Shown in pieces: positions 1 through 9,112 of a DNA stretch of 64,000 nucleotides (the first letter of the stretch is position 1; every line of letters starts with the position of its first letter). The notes beneath the pieces were generated by a model that searched no databases, was not told where the DNA came from, and saw nothing but the letters and a program-made list of their open reading frames with translations. A program made the translations under genes and the position numbers. Source of the DNA: Candidatus Latescibacterota bacterium (GTDB taxonomy: Bacteria > Latescibacterota > UBA2968 > GCA-2709665); contig CAXXXF010000012.1 of NCBI GenBank assembly GCA_963667175.2, positions 96,001 to 160,000 on the forward strand, in the 5' to 3' direction.

Positions 1-168
1 ACTGTCGTGGACCGATGCGCGGCTTACACGCCCGTACCCGGTGGCGTCGGGCCGATGACCATTGCCACCCTGATCGCCCAGACGGTGAAATCCGCGGAAG
101 CGCGGAATCCCGGGGTCGGGCCAGCGGACGAAAACGAATGCGCACAGGCATCCTGTCACGCGACGTGA
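1..168 (+). CDS. folD: FolD methylenetetrahydrofolate dehydrogenase/cyclohydrolase, 3' end (partial)
   Basis: Frame 1 reads [24 protein letters not shown], ending at TGA 166-168. [11 protein letters not shown] is the FolD C-terminal signature. Not in the ORF track. Confidence 0.85.
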   Translation, partial: TVVDRCAAYTPVPGGVGPMTIATLIAQTVKSAEARNPGVGPADENECAQASCHAT

Positions 169-198
169 CGCCGCCTGCACACGCCGGGTGTGTCGGAC

Positions 199-3100
199 TC
201 ATCCGCCGGTTTCCGCGCGGCCTGCCTTCAGCATTCGAATCACCAGAAGCGTGATATCGTCGGGCTGAGACGCCTCTGCCTTGAAACGGTACACGTCCTC
301 GAGGATCACCGAGACCAGATCCGCGGCGCCCGCCTGAACGTGCGCCTTGATGGTCTGTTCCAGACGATCCGTCTCGTAGAATTCCCCTGCCGCGTTCCTC
401 ATATCCGTTACACCGTCGCTGTAGAACACCAGCAAGTCGTCCGGCGCGACGCGGATGGCGGCCTCCGCGTGCCCCCCGGGGCTTCCCGGGGGCAACACGA
501 TGCCCAGGGGAATGGACGGCAGGCAGATTTCGCGCAACTCCTGAGCGCTGGCGGAATAGTGATACGGAAAGGGATGGGCGGCATTGATCAGTTGTACGCA
601 CCGTGTGTCGAGGTCCAGCGTGCCGAGGCAGCAGGTGACGAAACTGGCCTCGTCCATCTGCTCTCTCAAATCCTCGTCCAGGCGCACCGCAACTTCGTTC
701 AGCGGCCTCCGGCCTCGAAATTCGTACCTGAAGATTCCGCTTAACTGCATCGCACGAACCGCGGCCTCCATCGCCTTTCCCGATACGTCCGCCGCGCCGA
801 AGCCCAGCGTACGCTCGTCCAGCCAGAAATAATTGAAGTAGTCGCCGCCAACGTGGTTCGCCGGCGCGCAGACCCCCGCGATTTCAAAGGATTCGTCGCG
901 GATCGGGCCTGTGGGCAGCAGACCCATCTGCATCCTGTGTGCCTGCTGCAACTCGGATTCGAGCTCCTGAATCTGCCGCGCCTGGTCCTCCTGCCATCGT
1001 CGATGACGGTGCAGCGCGTAGCCGGACGATACGCAGAGGGCCACGAAAGAGAACACACTGAGCGCGACGAACCACGGCCTCTGCCAGACCGGCGCCAGAA
1101 CCACGAAGGCGCGGCGAGCCGGTGTCGGATCTACATTGAATCCCCGGTCCATCGCACGCACCTCGAATGTGTGAGGTCCCGGGTCCACGCGGCCAAGGAG
1201 CGCCTGGTCCTCGCCCGAAAACACCGACCAGTCGCCGCCGTCCACCCGCCAGGCGTATTTCAGTTCCCGTGTAGGGGTCTCCTTCCATGCATCCTGACCG
1301 GAGAACTTGAACAACACACTCTGGTAAGGCGCCACTTCGTTGGAAGGCATGGAGAGCGTTGTCTCCGGCGCCGTCGCATCCCTCGTGTAGCATCCCAACC
1401 CCCTATCCGTTGCAAACCAGAATCGACCGTGCCTGTCCTGTGCGATGTCCCACACACTGGCGCCTGGCAGGCCGCTGCGCGTCGTGTATCGCGTCCATGT
1501 CTCCCCATCGGTTTGGACGGCGCCTATTGCAAGCGACGCCAGCCAGAGTATGCCGTCGTCATCCACGAATAGCCTGTGCGCCCCGCCGAAAACGGTCTGG
1601 TCTCCGCTCGGAACGGCCTCCCACGCACCCTGATGGTACCGAAACATGCCCTTAAAGCGGGTGGCGGCCCATACGGCGCCCTGGGCTTCCGCCAGTGCGA
1701 TAACCGGTTCATCGGGCAACCCGTGGACAGTGCCAAACGTCCTTCGTTCGCCGTCTTTCTCCAGAACCACATTGGCGGCGGCGCCAAGCCAGAGGGCGCC
1801 ATCGCCTGACTCGTATACCGCATTCACCCCTCCTGAAACCCCGGGCGTATGCGCGGACCATTCCTCCCCGTCGAATCGAAACAGCCCGGCGCGCGTGCCA
1901 ACCCAGGTCCCGCCGGAACGCGCGGGAAAGATAGACAGAATCCGCGACCCGGGGCCCGACGTGGGCAGTCCGAATTCCTTCCAATAGACGCCGTCAAACC
2001 GCAACACACGCCGGCCGACGGCGGCCCAGAGCGTGCCGGCCCGTCCTTTTTTCAGCGCCACGACGCGCCCGGGCCTTCGGCGGCCGTCCCTCCGAATCCG
2101 GTACGCCTCGTTCCAGTTGGCGCCGTCAAATTCGTAGACCCTTTCTCCGGTGGCCGCCCACAAACGGCCGTCCGCCGTACGTTCAAGGGCCACACCGCCA
2201 CGGTCGGACGCGCCCGCCCACCGGGTGTGGTGGTCCCAGCCGGTGGCGCCGTATCGCGCCACACCCCATGCCGTTCCCACCCAGACGGAACCGTCCGTGC
2301 TCGTGCAGACGGACGTCACCAGATTGCTGGGAAGCCCGTTCTCCTCCGTAAAGACCTGAAGAACCCGACCGCGGTCCCCGGCCTGCGATTCACTTCCGGA
2401 TGCCGGGAACCGCACGACACCCCCCACGGTTCCCACCCAGACCGACCCGTCGGGCGCCGCGGCCACTGACAATACCCGATCCGCCGGCAGTCCGTCCTCC
2501 ACCGTGAATCCCTGCCAATGTAAACCGTCGTAACGCATGACGCCGCGATTCAGCGTACCCAGCCAGACGGCGCCGTCGACCGCCTGGGCCATGGCCGTGA
2601 CCGCTCCACCCGCCAGTTCTCGAGGCGGGACGACGTCCACCCATTCATTGGTTGTCGGGTCGAACCGGCTCATGCCCCCACCACGTCCCCGCCTTGACCG
2701 TGGCGGAGACGGCACACCCCGACGCCGGCCCGTGTACGCGGCCCATACGGCGCCGTCTTTCAACCGCAAGAGGCATTGCACATTGTTTGACGCAAGCCCG
2801 TCCCCTTCATCGATCGTCTTCCATTCGTCACCGGTATAGTGAAGTATTCCCATACCCCCGGTGGCAAAGCACAGGCCGCCTCCGCCGACGCCGATCACCG
2901 GCCCCACGTTCACGTCCGCGAGGTTTCCGGGCAATTCGACCGGCTCCCAGCGGTCCCCGGCCAGCCGGGCGACGTGGTTTTCAATCTGCCCGCGAAAACC
3001 GAGTCCTCCAGTGGCCCACAGGACGCCATCCTCGGCTTCGTACAGTTCACTGAAACCGTTGCCGGGCAATCCCTGCGTTTCGCTAAACGTCCGCCAGGTC

Positions 3101-3294
3101 CTTCCGTCGTATCGGGAGATACCCCCGCGCGTGGCAAACCACATTGCGCCGTCTTTCGCCTGCACGACCGCGGTCACGACGTTGTGGGCAAGCCCGTCGT
3201 CCTGCTGGTACACCACCCAATCCGTCATCGCACGCGACGCCACGGCCGGCGACGCCATAAACAGTAGTATCAGGCCGAAACTCAAGCGAGTCAT
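199..3294 (-). CDS. Membrane sensor: two-component-regulator beta-propeller repeats + Y_Y_Y-like domain + TM helix + SpoIIE/PP2C phosphatase
   Basis: Signal peptide from ATG 3294 with upstream GGAG; repeated GLPSNxV..DGxxWxGT propeller motifs; TM at PWFVALSVF; C-terminal VGGDYF, ADVSGK, YSDGVTD and QPDDITLL motifs. Confidence 0.88.
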   Translation of the reverse strand: MTRLSFGLILLFMASPAVASRAMTDWVVYQQDDGLAHNVVTAVVQAKDGAMWFATRGGISRYDGRTWRTFSETQGLPGNGFSELYEAEDGVLWATGGLGFRGQIENHVARLAGDRWEPVELPGNLADVNVGPVIGVGGGGLCFATGGMGILHYTGDEWKTIDEGDGLASNNVQCLLRLKDGAVWAAYTGRRRGVPSPPRSRRGRGGGMSRFDPTTNEWVDVVPPRELAGGAVTAMAQAVDGAVWLGTLNRGVMRYDGLHWQGFTVEDGLPADRVLSVAAAPDGSVWVGTVGGVVRFPASGSESQAGDRGRVLQVFTEENGLPSNLVTSVCTSTDGSVWVGTAWGVARYGATGWDHHTRWAGASDRGGVALERTADGRLWAATGERVYEFDGANWNEAYRIRRDGRRRPGRVVALKKGRAGTLWAAVGRRVLRFDGVYWKEFGLPTSGPGSRILSIFPARSGGTWVGTRAGLFRFDGEEWSAHTPGVSGGVNAVYESGDGALWLGAAANVVLEKDGERRTFGTVHGLPDEPVIALAEAQGAVWAATRFKGMFRYHQGAWEAVPSGDQTVFGGAHRLFVDDDGILWLASLAIGAVQTDGETWTRYTTRSGLPGASVWDIAQDRHGRFWFATDRGLGCYTRDATAPETTLSMPSNEVAPYQSVLFKFSGQDAWKETPTRELKYAWRVDGGDWSVFSGEDQALLGRVDPGPHTFEVRAMDRGFNVDPTPARRAFVVLAPVWQRPWFVALSVFSFVALCVSSGYALHRHRRWQEDQARQIQELESELQQAHRMQMGLLPTGPIRDESFEIAGVCAPANHVGGDYFNYFWLDERTLGFGAADVSGKAMEAAVRAMQLSGIFRYEFRGRRPLNEVAVRLDEDLREQMDEASFVTCCLGTLDLDTRCVQLINAAHPFPYHYSASAQELREICLPSIPLGIVLPPGSPGGHAEAAIRVAPDDLLVFYSDGVTDMRNAAGEFYETDRLEQTIKAHVQAGAADLVSVILEDVYRFKAEASQPDDITLLVIRMLKAGRAETGG

Positions 3295-3463
3295 CTCTGC
3301 TGTTGCTCCTGCGTCGAGATGGGAGCGGCCCCAAAACGAAGCCCGGCGGGGCGCGCCGGGACCGCGGAGACCCGGAACCGGGATCCCGAATTCCCTTGAT
3401 ACCCAAAATGCGACGGCCGCCCGAAAACAGGCGACCGTCATCCACGTCGATCGACAGCGGATC

Positions 3464-4123
3464 TCAGAAACCTGTCACTGCGTCGACTTCCTGGATGATT
3501 CCGATGACGTCATGCAAAACGTCTACCGGTTTCTGGTCTCCGTCTACGCGACGTATCACCTCTGCGGGATAATAGTCCAGCAGAGGCGCGGTCTCCCGCT
3601 CGAATTCGCGCATCCGGCGCCTGATGACGGCTTCGCTGGCATCGTCGAGCCGGTTCTCTCTGAGCGCTCTACGAAGCGCGCGTTCAACCAGGACGTTGTC
3701 GTCGGCTGTATCCAGATGAATAAGCAGATTGACTTCGATATAGTTGACCATCATTTCGGCCTGGCGCAGATTGCGCGGGATGCCGTCGAGAACGAGCACT
3801 TCCTCTTCAGGTCGAAAACCGCCGTTGTGGATGGCGCCTCGAATGTGGTCCAGCCACAGTTGCACCGTGAACTGGTCCGGAACCAGCCGGCCCTTGCCGG
3901 AATAGGCCAGAAATATCTTGCCCAACTCGCTGCCCGGATCCAGCGACCTGAAAACGTCTCCGCAGGCCAGGTGGTGGAATCCCGGTATCCTTCCCAAGAT
4001 TTTCCCCTGCGTTCCCTTGCCCGATCCGGGTGCGCCGACGACCAGAATCGTCCGATGCTTCTCCCGTCGATCCATCATTCCCCCGCTCGTCGATACGTCC
4101 AGGCCTTCGCCCTTCCGATTCAC
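3464..4123 (-). CDS. adk: Adenylate kinase family nucleoside monophosphate kinase (short-LID type)
   Basis: GAPGSGKGTQ P-loop, GDVFR, GRLVPD, LDGIPRN and RLDD motifs. True start may be 4078 or 4075. Confidence 0.8.
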   Translation of the reverse strand: MNRKGEGLDVSTSGGMMDRREKHRTILVVGAPGSGKGTQGKILGRIPGFHHLACGDVFRSLDPGSELGKIFLAYSGKGRLVPDQFTVQLWLDHIRGAIHNGGFRPEEEVLVLDGIPRNLRQAEMMVNYIEVNLLIHLDTADDNVLVERALRRALRENRLDDASEAVIRRRMREFERETAPLLDYYPAEVIRRVDGDQKPVDVLHDVIGIIQEVDAVTGF

Positions 4124-5031
4124 TCATACGACGCATTCGCTCGCAGCTTTCCCATCTTTGCCAGCACGGTCTTCAACGCTTGCAGGTCGCTGCCCGACAG
4201 ACGCCTCACGGGTTGACGGGGCGGCCCTCCACAGGCGCCGACGAGGTCTGCCCCGGCCTTGAGCATCGCCGGATGGGTTCCAAGCGAAAACGCGGACCTC
4301 AACGGCGCCAGCCGCAACTGAAATTCCAGCGCGCCGTCCGTGTCTCCCGCCCGGAACCGCTCGTAAACGCCAACCCCGAGTTCAGGCGCCACGTTGGCGC
4401 TTGCGGCAATTGCCCCTGCGGCGCCGTGAACGAGGGCGGCGTAGATCAGCGTGTCGCGGCCCATAATCACGCGAAAGCCCTCCGGGGCGATCCGAAGGTA
4501 CTCGAGTGTACGGGAAAAGTCGCCCGAACTTTCCTTGATTCCGATAATGTTGCCGAATGCCGCCGCCAGCCGCATGACCAGATCTACCGAAAGGCTGTTT
4601 CCCGTTCTGTCCGGGAGATCGTACAAGAGCACGGGCAGGTCCACCGCCCGCGCGATGGCGGCAAAGTGGTCGTACATTTCGCCCGGACCGGGCGTGACAA
4701 AGTAGGGCGTGAGCACCGAAAGGCAATCGGCGCCCGCCTCCTGCGCCGCTTCGGCCAGCCGCACGGCTTCGGCCGTGCAATTCGCCGAAGTACCCGCGTA
4801 AACCGGCGCCCGTCCGGCGGTATAATTCACGGTCCACTCGTAGAGCCGAATCTTCTCTTCCACACTCAAAGCCCAGGACTCTCCGGCGGTACCCCCTGCA
4901 TATACGCCATGCGCCCCCGCGTCGATCACGTAATTCAGCAGGCGCTCAAGGCCCGCTTCATCCAGTGCTTCATCGCAGGTCATCGGGGTAATCAGTGCCG
5001 GAATCAGCCCACGCACAAACGTGGTATCCAT
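4120..5031 (-). CDS. Dihydrodipicolinate synthase (DapA)-family aldolase
   Basis: PALITP, GTAGE, LLYDLP and Schiff-base GIKES motifs. ATG 5031 has a GAGGG SD. Confidence 0.85.
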   Translation of the reverse strand: MDTTFVRGLIPALITPMTCDEALDEAGLERLLNYVIDAGAHGVYAGGTAGESWALSVEEKIRLYEWTVNYTAGRAPVYAGTSANCTAEAVRLAEAAQEAGADCLSVLTPYFVTPGPGEMYDHFAAIARAVDLPVLLYDLPDRTGNSLSVDLVMRLAAAFGNIIGIKESSGDFSRTLEYLRIAPEGFRVIMGRDTLIYAALVHGAAGAIAASANVAPELGVGVYERFRAGDTDGALEFQLRLAPLRSAFSLGTHPAMLKAGADLVGACGGPPRQPVRRLSGSDLQALKTVLAKMGKLRANASYE

Positions 5032-5090
5032 TCCCTCACTCGTTCGTGTTTCGCCGCGCTTTTTCAGGTGGAAGGACTCACGCAACATAT

Positions 5091-5119
5091 AGTATACCAA
5101 CCTTTCTGAAAGATGTCAA
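5091..5119 (-). promoter_or_regulatory. Sigma70-type promoter for the DapA-like/adk unit
   Basis: TTGACA (5119-5114), 17 nt spacer, TATACT (5096-5091), with a TGn extension. Confidence 0.75.
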
Positions 5120-5146
5120 ACCGAACCTGCCAGGAATCTTTTGATC

Positions 5147-5175
5147 TTGACTTTATTCAAAAAAGACCTTAATTT
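5147..5175 (+). promoter_or_regulatory. Sigma70-type promoter for greA
   Basis: TTGACT (5147-5152), 17 nt spacer, TAATTT (5170-5175), in an AT-rich divergent gap. Confidence 0.6.
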
Positions 5176-5327
5176 TGAGCACCTTAGCGTCCATTTTCGG
5201 ATTCGCCAAATTCGAATTCGGCGTACGTAGCGGGGCTGTCCCCGGTTCCGAACCCTCGACGTTTTTTTCGAAAATTTCAGGGCGCGTGAGTCCCTGCGAA
5301 TCGCAATCGAGGAAGTGAGACAGGACA

Positions 5328-5801
5328 ATGGATCGGCTTTACCTCACGAAAGACGGCTACAACAAGATCCGGAACGAACTGGAGCGTCTCAGAACCCGGG
5401 AACGGCCGGCGGTTATCGAGGCCATCGCCAGGGCCCGGGAACACGGAGATCTGAGTGAGAACGCGGAATACCACAGCGCGAAAGAGCGTCAGATGTTCGT
5501 CGAAAAGAAGATCGCCGAACTCCAGGACAAGCTGGTCAGGTCTGAAATCATCGACGAAAGCCTGATGGCCAAGGACAAGGCATATCTTGGCGCTACGGTC
5601 ACGTTGAAGGACCGCAGGACCGGCGAGCAGATCCGGTATACGCTTGTATCCACCGACGAGGCCGATTTCGAACAGAACAAGATTTCAACACAATCCCCCG
5701 TGGGCCGGGCGCTTCTGGGCAAAGGCGTTGGAGAGCAGGTGGAAGCAAAGGTTCCCGTGGGTACGCTGGCGTACGAAATTCTGGACATCAGCAGAAACTG
5801 A
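5328..5801 (+). CDS. greA: Transcription elongation factor GreA
   Basis: AREHGDLSENAEYHSAKE and ISTQSPVGRALLG motifs. Confidence 0.97.
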   Translation: MDRLYLTKDGYNKIRNELERLRTRERPAVIEAIARAREHGDLSENAEYHSAKERQMFVEKKIAELQDKLVRSEIIDESLMAKDKAYLGATVTLKDRRTGEQIRYTLVSTDEADFEQNKISTQSPVGRALLGKGVGEQVEAKVPVGTLAYEILDISRN

Positions 5802-5814
5802 TCCTTCCACTCGG

Positions 5815-5854
5815 AAAAACAAAAAAAGCAGAGGGCGCCCGGGTCCTCTGCTTT
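5815..5854. terminator. Intrinsic terminator between convergent greA and rlmD
   Basis: AAAGCAGAGG/CCTCTGCTTT 10-bp stem; long U tract on the minus strand and TTT on the plus strand. Confidence 0.75.
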
Positions 5855-5884
5855 CCTGTGCGTGTCGTGCGGCATGCCGGATCA

Positions 5885-7249
5885 TCAGACCATATTCGCC
5901 AATCGGGCCACAACCTCGCAATGGGGCGTGTGGGGAAACATGTCCACGAGTTGCACGTAGTCCGTCCTGTAGCCCCCCGCCTCCAGTCGCTTCAGGTCCG
6001 TACCCAGCGCCTCCGGATTACACGAGACGTAAACGATGCGCTCCGGGCGCAGATCACAGATCGCGGTTAACGCCTTTGGATGCATTCCCGGCCTCGGAGG
6101 ATCGGTGACCACGGTTTCAAATCGCTCGCCCTGCTCCCGGATCTGCCACAGGACATCCTCCGCGGCGCCCGCTATGAAACGGCAGTTGGACACGCCGTTG
6201 ATGGCGCTGTTGCGAATCGCATCCCGAACCGCCCCGTCAACGACCTCGATGCCCAGTACGTATCCTGCCTTCCGCGAAAGATACAACGAAATCGCGCCCG
6301 TTCCACAATACACGTCCAGAATCCGGTCGTCCGGTCCGGGCATGGCCAGCTCGACGACCCGCCGGTAGAGTCGTTCGGCCTGGTGGGTGTTGGTCTGGAA
6401 GAACGAACCCGGTGATATCTCAAAAGTAAAATCACCCAGGTTTTCTTTCACCGAGCCCGTTCCGGCAAGCACTTCTTCGCGGTCGCCGGTGGCCACCTGA
6501 GCCCGACGAAGATTAACGTTGCGGATCACGCTTTTCACCTCCGGAAAGGACTCTCTCAGCGTTTTTCCCAACGTTTCCGCCCCGGGAAACGCATCACCCG
6601 ACGTGGTCAGCACAACCATGGTTTCACCCGTCCGTTTGCCTTCCCGTATGGTCAGGAACCGGAGCAGGCCGTCGTGCCGCTTCAAGTGGTAAACGGGGAA
6701 AGACCTGGTGACGTTGCGCACGTGTTCAACGATCCGGTTGGACGATTCCGACTGCAGATAGCAGGCGTTCAGGTCGAATACACGGTCGAATCGCCCCCAG
6801 ACGTGCAACCCCACCTCGTTTCGCCCGTCAGGCGCCGAGCCAAAGGAGAATTCCATCTTGTTCCGGTAGTAGAACGGCGCCCCGGAAGGTATCGGCGCGT
6901 CTGGTTCCGTATCGATTCCGGCCTCAAGCAGACAGTTCCTGACCATGTCCTGCTTCAGTCGGACCTGTGACTCGTAAGGAATATCCTGCCACAGGCACCC
7001 GCCGCAGAGACCAAAGTGAGTGCAGCTTGCACCGGCGCGCTGAATTTCGGAGGAGAGAAGCTCCTCCATTCTGGCTTCGACCCTTCTCAATCGGTTTCGG
7101 ACCTTGCGCACCCGCGCCCGGACCCGGTCTCCGGGCACCGCGCCACGAACCAGCAGCGTGTAGTCGCCGACGCGGCCCACGCCATTTCCCCTCCTGTCCA
7201 GCCTCTCGACGTCAATCTCTATCCGGTCGCCGCGCCTGGGTTTCGGCAC
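5885..7249 (-). CDS. rlmD: 23S rRNA m5U1939 methyltransferase RlmD
   Basis: TRAM domain, CTHFGLCGGC Fe-S motif, YRNKMEF, FFQTN, DPPRPG, YVSCNP and DMFPHTPHCE. Confidence 0.93.
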   Translation of the reverse strand: MPKPRRGDRIEIDVERLDRRGNGVGRVGDYTLLVRGAVPGDRVRARVRKVRNRLRRVEARMEELLSSEIQRAGASCTHFGLCGGCLWQDIPYESQVRLKQDMVRNCLLEAGIDTEPDAPIPSGAPFYYRNKMEFSFGSAPDGRNEVGLHVWGRFDRVFDLNACYLQSESSNRIVEHVRNVTRSFPVYHLKRHDGLLRFLTIREGKRTGETMVVLTTSGDAFPGAETLGKTLRESFPEVKSVIRNVNLRRAQVATGDREEVLAGTGSVKENLGDFTFEISPGSFFQTNTHQAERLYRRVVELAMPGPDDRILDVYCGTGAISLYLSRKAGYVLGIEVVDGAVRDAIRNSAINGVSNCRFIAGAAEDVLWQIREQGERFETVVTDPPRPGMHPKALTAICDLRPERIVYVSCNPEALGTDLKRLEAGGYRTDYVQLVDMFPHTPHCEVVARLANMV

Positions 7250-8537
7250 AGGTGCCCTCCTCTTTCACTTTCGGCGCCGGAAGCGGCGACGGCTCACGAA
7301 ACGGACCCTCCAGCAACCGGCCCGCCAGACTCTTCTGCCGGACAAAACCATCGGCGGAAAACAACACCACGCCCTGCATGCCCGCGCGGCGAGCGACGTC
7401 AATCTGGGCGACCGTGTCGTCGACGCCCTGATTCCAAATGCCGATCCCGGCGTACAGACGCCCTCTTTTCACCCGCTTCCGGGCCTCGGCCATCTGATGT
7501 CCGATATCGGCGGTGGATCCTTCGTAGAACATAGGCACCACAAAATCCACGAGCCCCCCGTTTATCCATCCGGTCCAGTCCTGGCCATATTGCGTATATG
7601 CCAATTCTATGTCCGGTTTGACGGCCGCAGACAACCTGGTACCGGGCCTCAGGCGCGAAAGCAGTTCGCGTATCTGCCCGACCAGCACGCTGACCTGCCG
7701 GCTTCGCCACTTTTCCCATGCCACCCGTGTTTCGCTCGCACCCGACCCGTCGCCACCGGGCTTGCTCCTGTTTTCTCTCCATTCCGCGGGGTCGAACCCG
7801 AAACGCCTCGTAAACTCCGCCGTCACGGCCGGATTGTAGTCATAGTGGACGTTCGGATACCGGACGTAATCCATGTGAATTCCGTCGACGTCGTATTCAG
7901 TGACGATCTCTTCTATGACTCCCAGCAAATGGGTCCTGACTTCGGTATTGCCGGGCGAAAGGTACCGCCCCTCCACGGAACGTTTGACCAGATCGACCCC
8001 GTTCAGCGCAACGCGCCCCAGGTCGATCCCGTCGGCAGAATGCATGAACCACTCGGGATGCCGCAGAAATACGTGCTGCGCCGACTCAGGACGGCGCTCC
8101 GTCGGGTGCCAGGTGAGGTAGACGTTCACCCAGGCGTGCACTTCCAGCCCCGCCCGGCGCCCCTCCTCCACGAGAAGCGCAAGCGGGTCGAAGTCCGTCT
8201 CGGACAGAGATTCGGCACGCGGCACCAGGCGGCTGGCGTAGAAGGCGTCTCCTCGGCCCCGGACCTGCACCAGGAGGGCGTTCATCCGCCCGTCCACGGC
8301 GGTGCGCACCGCGCGCATGATCTGCTCCCGACCGTTCAGCCAGTGGCGAACCACCCACAATCCGCGGAATTCGTCATTCGGCCTGCCTGTTCCGGAAACG
8401 GCAGTCGACCACAGGCAAAGCACGAGGCAGAGGCAGGCGAGTCCGCTCCCGGGAACGCGCCGGAAGGCAAAGGGCAAATCGACCGGCTTGTCGATTTGCC
8501 CTCTCATCCGGAAATTGTCACGACGTGACGGAATCAT
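7212..8537 (-). CDS. GHL10 (YddW/DigH-like) glycoside hydrolase-like protein, exported
   Basis: EFRGLW, VQVRGRGDAFYAS, FDPL, EVHAW, YDVDGIHMDYVRYP, QDW and VPMFY motifs; hydrophobic N-terminal segment. Confidence 0.85.
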   Translation of the reverse strand: MIPSRRDNFRMRGQIDKPVDLPFAFRRVPGSGLACLCLVLCLWSTAVSGTGRPNDEFRGLWVVRHWLNGREQIMRAVRTAVDGRMNALLVQVRGRGDAFYASRLVPRAESLSETDFDPLALLVEEGRRAGLEVHAWVNVYLTWHPTERRPESAQHVFLRHPEWFMHSADGIDLGRVALNGVDLVKRSVEGRYLSPGNTEVRTHLLGVIEEIVTEYDVDGIHMDYVRYPNVHYDYNPAVTAEFTRRFGFDPAEWRENRSKPGGDGSGASETRVAWEKWRSRQVSVLVGQIRELLSRLRPGTRLSAAVKPDIELAYTQYGQDWTGWINGGLVDFVVPMFYEGSTADIGHQMAEARKRVKRGRLYAGIGIWNQGVDDTVAQIDVARRAGMQGVVLFSADGFVRQKSLAGRLLEGPFREPSPLPAPKVKEEGTCAETQARRPDRD

Positions 8538-9085
8538 GATGCCGTACGCTTACGTTCCTCTCCGGATTCGACGGCTTTCCCGGAATCTCCCTCAACGGTC
8601 GGAGCCGACGAGTGCCCGCCCGACCCGCGCGCGACCTCCTCAGCGGAACCTTCTTCGGTTTCCCCGCCGTCAGGCCCGGTATCGACTTCGTCGAGTGATT
8701 TCGAACCCGCGGCGAAATCGGCCCTTGACTCCTCTCCAACCATCTCCACCAGACACATTTCGACGCGGTCGCCGCGGCGGGGGCCCAGTTTGAGCAACCT
8801 CAGATAACCCCCGTTCCGTTCGGAGTGGGACGTTGCGATCTCGTCGAAGAGTTTCGCAACCACACGCTGATTTTGAATTCGCCGCAGAACCTGTCTTCTG
8901 GCGTGTAAATCGCCCCGCTTGGCAAACGTGATCAGGCGTTCGGCCAGACCGCGCAACTCCTTGGCCTTGGCGTGGGTCGTACGTATCGAACCGTACGTGA
9001 ACAGAGACGCGGCCATATTATTCATCATCGCTCTCTTGTGGCTTGCTGTACGTCCGAGCTTGCGTCCCCGCTTTCCGTGTCTCAT
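8534..9085 (-). CDS. rplQ: 50S ribosomal protein L17 with acidic C-terminal tail
   Basis: MRHGKRGRKLGRTASH and GGYLRLLKLGPRRGD. Confidence 0.97.
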   Translation of the reverse strand: MRHGKRGRKLGRTASHKRAMMNNMAASLFTYGSIRTTHAKAKELRGLAERLITFAKRGDLHARRQVLRRIQNQRVVAKLFDEIATSHSERNGGYLRLLKLGPRRGDRVEMCLVEMVGEESRADFAAGSKSLDEVDTGPDGGETEEGSAEEVARGSGGHSSAPTVEGDSGKAVESGEERKRTAS

Positions 9086-9112
9086 AGCCCATCTTTCCCG
9101 TTAGAAGCTGTC

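Noticed and set aside
155-169. GTCACG(CG)ACGTGAC palindrome, with a similar one at 8517-8529
   Set aside because: Only two short instances in GC-rich DNA; cannot be distinguished from chance.
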